Shown: positions 26,255 through 33,456 of the stretch, piece after piece
How the letters are laid out: every line of letters begins with the position of its first letter
How positions within the stretch are numbered: position 1 is the first letter of the stretch
Virus record (IMG/VR): IMGVR_UViG_3300030107_006644
Span: 141,518-205,517 of that record
Length of the DNA stretch: 64,000 nt
Reading direction: 5' to 3' (one strand)
Translations under genes and position numbers: made by a program
Notes under the pieces: generated by a model
Told to the model about the DNA's origin: nothing
The model's database searches: none
The model's input: only the letters and a program-made list of their open reading frames with translations

Positions 26255-27058
26255 ATGCCCCGTGTGACCTACGCCGACCGCTTCGCTGCCCTTCTCGCCC
26301 GCCCGCTATCCAGTAGCGACCGGAGATTCTGCGAAAGTCTGCGAGACTTCTACCAGCGCAAAGGTCGCCTGACCTCTGGGCGTGTGCGGTGTTTTAAGCA
26401 GCTTGAGGAGCGTTACAGTGCCGAGAGGCTAGCCGAGGCTGCAGAGCGCGGCGGGCCGATGCTCAAGCGATTGAGCGGCCTTCTGCCCCGCGTGGAGGGC
26501 AACAAATGGGCAAGCGGATTCGTGATGAGTCTATCCCAACAAGTTCAAGGAGGGCGCAATCTCTCCGACAAGCAGATTACAATGCTTGAAAAGATCGAGC
26601 GAGAAAACAGTGATGAAGCAATCGCAGCACGACAGACATGGCATCTTGATTATGATGACGACAAGCGTTTGCGTGCGATGGTCGCGGCTCGATACTACCG
26701 GGAGAGCGGAGGCTACTTCCGCGATCTGGTTAACAAGATTCTTGAAAACCCTGACTTCGTGCCGTCCCAGCGGCAGTACAGGTCTATCACCGAGAACAAG
26801 TATGCACAGAAGGTCTTGGATGCCCATTTCGCCGCGCCTAAGTACGCGGTCGGGTCATTCGTCGCGATGCGCTCCAGCGCACCGTGGGCATGCCGTAGCG
26901 GGGCCGGAAACAAGCCTTGCGTTGTCATCCAGACCGATGCCGCTCCTGTCGTCAGTGCAGCCCGAGGAGTCAAGCGTTACAAGGTGCTGCCCATCGGATC
27001 GGCAAGGCCGATCATTGTCGAGGAGCGACACATTAAAGCTGCGAGAGGACTTAAATAA
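26255..27058 (+). CDS. Hypothetical protein with C-terminal SH3/KOW-like domain; paralog of 1638..2255
   Basis: RYY..GGYF..L..KIL.NPDFVPS..QY..IT.NKYA.KVL...YAVGSFV...IVEERHIK. Confidence 0.8.
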   Translation: MPRVTYADRFAALLARPLSSSDRRFCESLRDFYQRKGRLTSGRVRCFKQLEERYSAERLAEAAERGGPMLKRLSGLLPRVEGNKWASGFVMSLSQQVQGGRNLSDKQITMLEKIERENSDEAIAARQTWHLDYDDDKRLRAMVAARYYRESGGYFRDLVNKILENPDFVPSQRQYRSITENKYAQKVLDAHFAAPKYAVGSFVAMRSSAPWACRSGAGNKPCVVIQTDAAPVVSAARGVKRYKVLPIGSARPIIVEERHIKAARGLK

Positions 27059-27061
27059 CCA

Positions 27062-27228
27062 GTGCGGCCCCACCACATATATAACTAAAGGTGGGATTCA
27101 ATGCCTTGAGTGAATCCACTGCGCTCCACCAGTCCCTTTGCGGGATGAGGACGTGAACCCGAGAGGGAGTCGAAACAAGGCTGGCGAGGAAGACGCGGTA
27201 AGGACAGCGATCATCGGTGGGGCCGCAC
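27062..27228 (+). ncRNA. Candidate structured ncRNA, 167 nt
   Basis: Perfect 13-bp terminal inverted repeat GTGCGGCCCCACC/GGTGGGGCCGCAC enclosing hairpins GGATTCA/TGAATCC, GTCCC/GGGAT and CCC-GAGA-GGG; no ORF. Confidence 0.6.
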
Positions 27229-27266
27229 CCCCTTCAACTTAAACCTTTGAACTTTTGAGAAAACAC

Positions 27267-27665
27267 ATGAAAGTAGAACTGACCGACATTGAGATTATCC
27301 ACATTATGAACGCGCTTAAGCTGACAGCCAACAAGCTCCGCGAAAAGCACTCGATTTCTGGTGACATGGAGCAAGCCGATCTTGCCGACGAACTTGAAGA
27401 GATCGAGTTTGACTTGTTTGAGGCTGTCAATCGACGCGATGACGACTGGCTAGCCGACCGAGACGATCCCACAGACCTTATGGGCCAAACGCTCTCAGAG
27501 CCGGATGCTGCCCTTTCATTCGTGCAGGCAGGCATTGACGCCCGCGAGCAAGTTAAAGGTTCCTCAATGGCCGCACAACGCCGGGAAGAGCAGGTTAAGC
27601 GCATGATGAAAGGTACAGCCACACCACGCGATCCTGACTTCATGAATGATCCGGTGGACTGGTAA
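27267..27665 (+). CDS. Acidic hypothetical protein
   Basis: ATG 27267; helical and D/E-rich. Confidence 0.7.
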   Translation: MKVELTDIEIIHIMNALKLTANKLREKHSISGDMEQADLADELEEIEFDLFEAVNRRDDDWLADRDDPTDLMGQTLSEPDAALSFVQAGIDAREQVKGSSMAAQRREEQVKRMMKGTATPRDPDFMNDPVDW

Positions 27666-27677
27666 ATCAAACCTCTC

Positions 27678-27732
27678 TTGACATTCTCTTTACAACTTTA
27701 ACCTTGACTTCCTCACTCATATCGGCTATATT
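27678..27732 (+). promoter_or_regulatory. Triple-box promoter element P9
   Basis: TCAAAC 27667, TTGACA 27678, TTTACA 27689, TTGACT 27704, 17 bp, TATATT 27727. Confidence 0.88.
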
Positions 27733-27777
27733 ATAAGGGTAAGAACGAGTTGAACCCCCTGACTTTGGAGATTTTAC

Positions 27778-28560
27778 ATGGGTAACTATTCTGGAACTAT
27801 TCGATGCGGTCACTGTTACGAGCGAGGCCACAATCGGGCTGGCTGCGAGAAGCTGACCGAGCAACTTGCTACACAATGGAGTCGCATCGAGACTGCGGGG
27901 TATGATGATGACAACTATACTCATAAGCGCACCCGTCAAATGCTAGCCAAGCGTCAGGGGTCTGACCCTCTCACTGGTGAGAGCACCCGCAAGCGTCGGG
28001 CGACCTACGGAGGCCGCAAGTGCTCATACTGCGGCGAGCCGGGTCACACTCGTCGCACTTGTCCGTCGATGAAGACTGACAAACAGAACTATCGCACGTT
28101 GACTGCAGCATCGCGCTCGACCCTCATTGAACGCATGCGCGAGCATGGTTTCGGACCCGGCTCGCTCTTGACTACCGTGTCAAAGGATTGGGAGGATGGC
28201 GAGTACAAGACCCGCACGGTCCCGATGATTGTCAAGTCCGTGGACTGGGAAGCGATCCACCAACGGACATGGGGCAGTCAGGGTCAGGGTGGCCCCGAAT
28301 GTGTCACAGTGCTCCGCATGAATGATAGCCGCATCGTTCAGATTATGCTTCCTAACTGCGTTACAGGCTACGATCCTAGCTGGAATCGCGTTGAGCTTGC
28401 TGGTCGAGTAGAGGACGTGCAGCCTCCCGCTGGATGGCTCGATGCATCGGAACTCGACTCCAAGACCATGGGCCAAGTGGTCGAACTCTTTGAAACTGGG
28501 GTTGCCCGCGACTACTACTGGTGGCAGCGACAGCCCGAAATAGAAGGACAGGAAGGTTAA
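27778..28560 (+). CDS. Protein with two CCHC zinc knuckles
   Basis: CGHCYERGHNRAGC and CSYCGEPGHTRRTC. Confidence 0.8.
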   Translation: MGNYSGTIRCGHCYERGHNRAGCEKLTEQLATQWSRIETAGYDDDNYTHKRTRQMLAKRQGSDPLTGESTRKRRATYGGRKCSYCGEPGHTRRTCPSMKTDKQNYRTLTAASRSTLIERMREHGFGPGSLLTTVSKDWEDGEYKTRTVPMIVKSVDWEAIHQRTWGSQGQGGPECVTVLRMNDSRIVQIMLPNCVTGYDPSWNRVELAGRVEDVQPPAGWLDASELDSKTMGQVVELFETGVARDYYWWQRQPEIEGQEG

Positions 28561-28567
28561 ACCTTTC

Positions 28568-28622
28568 TTGACATTCTCTTGACAACTTCGCTATTGACTT
28601 TTCCTCTCCCCTGTGGGATAAT
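28568..28622 (+). promoter_or_regulatory. Triple-box promoter element P10
   Basis: TTAAAC 28557, TTGACA 28568, TTGACA 28579, TTGACT 28594, 17 bp, GATAAT 28617. Confidence 0.88.
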
Positions 28623-28651
28623 ACAGGGGTAATCGAGCAAGGAGCTATCCG

Positions 28652-29212
28652 ATGACTGACACGCCGACCACTTCTGACCTTCGCGCCCTCAAGCTGACCG
28701 AGGACGAATGGCACTCACTCATGCACATGGGTGAGTTTGATCCTATTCGCGCTCACATGGATATGCTTGTGCTGGCTGGGCTTGCCGTGCGAACGCACAT
28801 TCACCCGCCCGAATGGGATCTGACCGAGGCCGGTCACGCAGCCTGCAACGCGATTGATCTCATCCTCGACTGGGATGACTTTGTATTCGTAGGCGACGGA
28901 GAGGACACCGAGCCTTTCGGCGTTATTCAGCTTGAGAACGCTTCTGATGCCTCTGATACGGTCTTCCTGAATGGTGAGCCTATCGAGCGCAGCGAAGCCG
29001 TAGAACTGGCTTCTGAGGCCCCTAAGCGCATCGGCGTAGGATCGCTTGTGCGCCACCAGCACCACGGCGAAGGTCTAGTGACCGATCATTTCATGTGGGA
29101 TGGCGACTGGGGCGGCTTCAGGATTAAACTTCTTAAACCTTCCCAAACTGGCGCTACAACCTCGATTACCGAGTTTAGTGACCGCGCCGATTCCTTTGAA
29201 CTTGTAAGTTAA
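28652..29212 (+). CDS. Acidic hypothetical protein with C-terminal SH3/KOW-like domain
   Basis: IGVGSLVRHQHHGEGLVT...FRIKL...FELVS. Confidence 0.75.
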   Translation: MTDTPTTSDLRALKLTEDEWHSLMHMGEFDPIRAHMDMLVLAGLAVRTHIHPPEWDLTEAGHAACNAIDLILDWDDFVFVGDGEDTEPFGVIQLENASDASDTVFLNGEPIERSEAVELASEAPKRIGVGSLVRHQHHGEGLVTDHFMWDGDWGGFRIKLLKPSQTGATTSITEFSDRADSFELVS

Positions 29213-29219
29213 ACCTCTC

Positions 29220-29274
29220 TTGACATTTACTTGACAAGATAATCCTTGACCTTTTACCCCCACCGTGCTATATT
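29220..29274 (+). promoter_or_regulatory. Triple-box promoter element P11
   Basis: TTAAAC 29209, TTGACA 29220, TTGACA 29231, TTGACC 29246, 17 bp, TATATT 29269. Confidence 0.9.
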
Positions 29275-29323
29275 TATAATGTGAGCGAGGGATGAACCCT
29301 CGCCTTGACCTAGGAGTCCTATC

Positions 29324-30391
29324 ATGGCTGTCGATTTCGCCACTTTCCGTTCTGTCGTTCCTCATGTCACTGCTGCCCGCTTCCCCGTGCTCTTGCGCGG
29401 TCGTCACGGTGTCGGTAAATCACAGGTTGTTTATCAGCTTGCAGGCGATCTCGATCTCCCCGTTGTGGAGCGTCGAGCTTCGCAAATGACCGAGGGCGAT
29501 CTTCTCGGCCTTCCGTCTACCGATGGCGCGACCACCCGATGGAACCCGCCTGTCTGGTTTAAGACCGCGTGCGAGACTCCTGTTGTGCTCTTTCTGGATG
29601 AGGTTGACCGTGCGACGGTCGAGGTCCGTCAGGGCATTTTCGAGTTGACCGATAGCCGCAAGCTGGCTGGGTTCTCGCTCCATGAGGACACGATCATCAT
29701 CGCAGCCGTCAACGGTGGCGAACATGGCGCTCAATATCAGGTCGGCGAAATGGACCCGGCAGAGCTTGACCGCTACACGGTCTTCGACGTTGAGCCTTCC
29801 CATGAGGATTGGCTTGAGTGGGCGAAGTCTAACGTCGATGGCGTCGTTTGGGACTTCATCAACAACAATCGGAACCACCTTGAGCACGCTGGCGACTTTG
29901 AGCCGAACAAGGTTTACCCTTCCCGTCGTTCGTGGGATCGGCTCAATCAGGCTGCGACTGGTGCGGCTCTCTTTGAAGAGGGTGCCGATCTCGGTCTGCT
30001 CTACAACCTGACTTGCGCGTTTGTCGGCTTTGAAGCTGGCGTTGCGTTCAAGGACTTCGTTGAGAACTATTCCCGTCAGGTCACTGTCGAGGATATTTTG
30101 GTCAAGGGTGAGATTGACCGTACCTCCGAGTTCACGATCAACGAGCACAGTGCTTTGGTCGAAAAGATGGAGGCAACCGAGACTTTCGCGGATCACCTGC
30201 CTTCCGAGCAGATTCAGAACCTCGCTGATTTCTTCGTCACGCTGCCTTCTGAAGTTGCTATGAAGCTGTGGACCGTCATGGGTAACGGCGAGATCCAGAA
30301 CACTGTCGATCTCCACCAGTCCACTGCGTCCGATGGTCGCTCCGTGTCTGGATACCTCGTTGAGCTTCTGACCGGCGAGGCAGCAAGTTAA
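29324..30391 (+). CDS. MoxR-like AAA+ ATPase
   Basis: Walker A GRHGVGKS, Walker B LFLDEVDR, MDPAELDRY, YPSRRSW. Confidence 0.92.
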   Translation: MAVDFATFRSVVPHVTAARFPVLLRGRHGVGKSQVVYQLAGDLDLPVVERRASQMTEGDLLGLPSTDGATTRWNPPVWFKTACETPVVLFLDEVDRATVEVRQGIFELTDSRKLAGFSLHEDTIIIAAVNGGEHGAQYQVGEMDPAELDRYTVFDVEPSHEDWLEWAKSNVDGVVWDFINNNRNHLEHAGDFEPNKVYPSRRSWDRLNQAATGAALFEEGADLGLLYNLTCAFVGFEAGVAFKDFVENYSRQVTVEDILVKGEIDRTSEFTINEHSALVEKMEATETFADHLPSEQIQNLADFFVTLPSEVAMKLWTVMGNGEIQNTVDLHQSTASDGRSVSGYLVELLTGEAAS

Positions 30392-30400
30392 ACCTTGAAC

Positions 30401-30432
30401 GTCCCCCGCTTGTCGGGGGACTTAAACCTTTC
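30401..30432 (+). terminator. GC hairpin flanked by TTAAACCTT direct repeats; probable intrinsic terminator
   Basis: GTCCCCCG-cttgt-CGGGGGAC (8 bp) followed by ttaaacctttct. Confidence 0.55.
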
Positions 30433-30487
30433 TTGACATTCTCTTGACAACTTTGCCCTTGATTTTTTCGCTCCAGCGTGCTATATT
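30433..30487 (+). promoter_or_regulatory. Triple-box promoter element P12
   Basis: TTAAAC 30422, TTGACA 30433, TTGACA 30444, TTGATT 30459, 17 bp, TATATT 30482. Confidence 0.88.
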
Positions 30488-30510
30488 ATATGTGTAGTAA
30501 GGAGATTTCT

Positions 30511-31707
30511 ATGACCGACCAGCCTTCGACCTTCGACCTCAACAAGCACACTGCGCGTCTGCTTATGAACGAGCCCTTCTTTGCCGCGCTCTCGCGCCGG
30601 ATCAATAAGCGCAAGTCCAGCGCGATCCCGACTGCCGGTGTGCGCGTGACCGATGATGGTCACTTTGAAATGCTTTATAATCCTGCTTTCTTTGAGGAGT
30701 TGACCGACGTGCAGCGTGCGGGCGTCCTTAAGCATGAGTTCTACCACCTTGTTTTTGAGCACGTCACTGGACGGTTGCCCGAGGCTGGTATGTCTAAAAT
30801 GTGGAACATCGCCACAGACCTCGCGATCAACAGTCACCTTGTGGGCGAGTTGCCCGAACAGTGCTGTATGCCCGGTCAAGGCCCGTTCGCCGATATGGAG
30901 TTGGGCAAGTCTGCCGAGTTCTACTTTGCCGCACTGAAGAAGAAGGCAGAGGAGCAGGACGAGCAGGAGGGCGACGGTGAAGGTGGCGGATCCGGCGACC
31001 CGTCCGATCAAATGGGCGATAGCTTTGATGACCACAGCGGCTGGGGAGAGGGTTCAGGGACCGCTCAAGACATCGCGAAGGAGCGTCTTAAGGATTCGGT
31101 CAAGAAAGCCGCTGAAGAGGCTCAGAAGGCCAATAGCTGGGGTTCTGTTAGCTCCTCGTGCCGTCAAGACATCCTTGAGCGCATCGCGACCCGCATCGAC
31201 TGGCGCAAGGTGCTCCGCTACTTCATTAAAACTTCTCAACGGTCTAACCGTACTCGCACGGTCAAGCGTTTGAACAAGCGTTACCCCTACATTCACGCGG
31301 GTTCTCGCGTCAGGCGTCAGGCCCGTATCGCGATCAGCATCGATCAGTCTGGTTCCGTTGATGATGGCATGCTTGCCGCGTTCTTCTCCGAGTTGAACAA
31401 GCTGGCCGAGCTTGCCGAGTTTACGGTTGTTCCTTTCGACACCGAGGTTGCAGAGGATCACGTCCACGTCTGGAAGCGCGGAGAGCGCCGCAAGTGGGTC
31501 CGTGTTCGCTATGGAGGCACTTGCTTCAACGCTCCGACCCGATACGTCAATGAGGGCAACTTCGACGGTCACATCGTCCTGACGGACCTCATGGCCCCTA
31601 AGCCAATCGCTAGCCGATGCCAGCGTATGTGGATGACGACCAAGCAGTACGCGGAGCGTCCTTACTTTCAAACCAACGAGCGTATCATCGCTATTGATAC
31701 GCAATAA
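30511..31707 (+). CDS. Metallopeptidase-vWA protein (DUF2201-like), MoxR partner
   Basis: HEFYH (HExxH), WNIATDLAIN, acidic linker, SIDQSGSV MIDAS, GGTCF. Confidence 0.9.
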   Translation: MTDQPSTFDLNKHTARLLMNEPFFAALSRRINKRKSSAIPTAGVRVTDDGHFEMLYNPAFFEELTDVQRAGVLKHEFYHLVFEHVTGRLPEAGMSKMWNIATDLAINSHLVGELPEQCCMPGQGPFADMELGKSAEFYFAALKKKAEEQDEQEGDGEGGGSGDPSDQMGDSFDDHSGWGEGSGTAQDIAKERLKDSVKKAAEEAQKANSWGSVSSSCRQDILERIATRIDWRKVLRYFIKTSQRSNRTRTVKRLNKRYPYIHAGSRVRRQARIAISIDQSGSVDDGMLAAFFSELNKLAELAEFTVVPFDTEVAEDHVHVWKRGERRKWVRVRYGGTCFNAPTRYVNEGNFDGHIVLTDLMAPKPIASRCQRMWMTTKQYAERPYFQTNERIIAIDTQ

Positions 31708-31840
31708 ACAACACAACTTAAACCTTTGGAGGGTTTTGTGATTACTACTGCAGCAGCTATTTTGTTTTGTTCTCTTTGGGTCGCCGCCTTTTCGGTGCTT
31801 GGCTATGAAGCATGCGCCCCGCTCATTCGTGGGGTGTAAC

Positions 31841-32161
31841 ATGGCTATTTTCTCAAGAGACACGCGAGGAACCAATCAGACCGTTATTCAAGAGTGGTCC
31901 GAGGGTAGAAGTGCCAGAAATCATAAAGGTACACTGACCACAAACGGTATCTATCTTTACAGTTACACAGTGGTTATTGGTATCAGGCTTGAGTCCGGTG
32001 TAACAATCGTCAAGGACTGCACTGCGCCCGCTGGCATGTTCCATTCTATGACCACTTCACAGCATGTAGGCGCAGCAAAGCGAGTAGCTAACACTGTCAT
32101 GCATCCAAGGGTCTGGGAAGCAACGCCCGAACTGCATGAGTTCTCCGATGTGCCATTTTAA
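31841..32161 (+). CDS. Hypothetical phage protein
   Basis: LYSYTVVIG...SMTTSQHV; start uncertain (31799 or 31841). Confidence 0.7.
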   Translation: MAIFSRDTRGTNQTVIQEWSEGRSARNHKGTLTTNGIYLYSYTVVIGIRLESGVTIVKDCTAPAGMFHSMTTSQHVGAAKRVANTVMHPRVWEATPELHEFSDVPF

Positions 32162-32176
32162 GGGTCGAGGGTAATA

Positions 32177-32497
32177 ATGAAGTATTATTTAACGAAAACA
32201 GACGTTAGACGCGGGGATCCTCAAAAGGGTGAACCCGCTATTGTTGCGACAGAAGTTGTGATGACCAAGCCAGCAACGTACAAGGCGACAGAAGGAGCAC
32301 GCCAACGCTGGACCGCTATGGGTATTGAAAACCTGCATGTCATTGAACACAAAGCCAAGCGATACAACAGTTTGGTGAGGGAACAGAATAAAAGACGCAA
32401 AGCAGAGAAGAAGATGACCAAGGCAGACTTGGCCGAGATTGCTGCAGCGTTCGCAGACAATGACGAGGAGAATAAGGAAGAGGGTAGTAATGATTAA
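32177..32497 (+). CDS. Hypothetical protein
   Basis: 106 aa; GAGG SD. Confidence 0.7.
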   Translation: MKYYLTKTDVRRGDPQKGEPAIVATEVVMTKPATYKATEGARQRWTAMGIENLHVIEHKAKRYNSLVREQNKRRKAEKKMTKADLAEIAAAFADNDEENKEEGSND

Positions 32498-32609
32498 AAA
32501 GATTATTGCTGCATTGATTGTGATACTTCTATGGGAGAATAGACACACTATTGCAGAACACATTAAGGTATTCTGGTATGAAGGTGTTACCATTTCCCAG
32601 AACGGTTAG
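32490..32609 (+). CDS. Possible 39-aa membrane peptide
   Basis: MIKKIIAALIVILLW...; overlaps the upstream stop. Confidence 0.5.
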   Translation: MIKKIIAALIVILLWENRHTIAEHIKVFWYEGVTISQNG

Positions 32610-33353
32610 GAGGGATCAGGCCCGTGGAGTTTCATCGGGTTAGGACAAAGCAAGTTAAACCTTTCTATAAAGTGAGCGAAGAGGTAACAAAATGAGGGGA
32701 TGATCTAGTATATACACGATGCACCACTGTGTCAACGTGTCAAAACATATACGGTTAGCTGGGGAAGCGTATCAAAAGGTATACGCTGCTCAAGTTAAAC
32801 CTTTGTCACATAAATGTCACACAAGGCATGCTACAAGTGCGACAAGGGTGGACATGACAAGGCCGAGGGCCGAGGAGAATATAAATGTATCAGCGTAACA
32901 ACAATGATGCTACAAATGCGACAGACGAGAGCGCAGGTTATAACGACCATATCAGTGACGCACTAGCATGTGTCTTTATGTGTATCATTGTATACATCAT
33001 GTGCTACATAGGGTTTGCTCTTGACGTTGCAGGAGGATACGAAAGATGAGCGAGGGTAATAAAATAAATAATGATACACAATAATACATACAACACATGT
33101 AACACAGGTGATACAAGCAACACATAAAGGGACACAAGCATAAGGTAGGTGTAACCTATGTAACCAGTGACACATATAAAGCGTATACATTTATATATGC
33201 TACACAAAAGCATAGTAATAACAAGCACATACACTACCCCCCCTCCCCTCTCCCGGAATGTAAGTACCTGTAATCATTGGGGTTTCAAGCGACGACTAGA
33301 TCAACGTGTGATCGCTATGAAAAAAACGTAGATCTTCATTTTTCAGAAAATAT
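32610..33353. other. Non-coding A/C-skewed region with direct repeats and a C-tract; candidate replication origin or genome terminus
   Basis: No credible ORF; ATGCTACAA(G/A)TGCGACA at 32828 and 32907; TGTCAC x2 at 11-bp spacing; CCCCCCTCCCCTCTCCC near 33237. Confidence 0.5.
32828..32923 (+). repeat. 17-bp direct repeat pair (16/17 identical)
   Basis: ATGCTACAAGTGCGACA 32828-32844; ATGCTACAAATGCGACA 32907-32923. Confidence 0.8.
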
Positions 33354-33382
33354 TTGACAAATTTCGTAGGATAGGTTATATT
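33354..33382 (+). promoter_or_regulatory. Single sigma70-type promoter
   Basis: TTGACA-17-TATATT. Confidence 0.75.
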
Positions 33383-33456
33383 TATATGTGAGGGCTAAAA
33401 GATATGACAGTAAGTGAAGCCCCAAAAATTTTGCAAAGTAAAAAATCGAGGATATA

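Noticed and set aside
27132-27176. Hammerhead ribozyme (GTC...GATGAG GAC..GTC GAAAC)
   Set aside because: The core reads GGGAUGA instead of CUGANGA and stem I cannot form
27062-27228. Retron msr-msd assignment
   Set aside because: The inverted repeat fits, but there is no reverse transcriptase in the window and no G directly after the 5' arm; not supportable here
17570-30487. Promoter and junction repeats as a CRISPR array
   Set aside because: Repeats are degenerate, intervals are gene-sized and coding, and there are no cas genes
29420-31875. Long minus-strand ORFs (298, 184 and 273 aa)
   Set aside because: They lie opposite well-supported MoxR and vWA genes; no motifs, SD or promoters; explained by GC-rich codon bias
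19754-32802. Integron cassette array (GTTAAAC fits GTTRRRY)
   Set aside because: No paired RYYYAAC inverse cores or attC-type palindromes found and no tyrosine recombinase in the window; kept only as an unexplained motif
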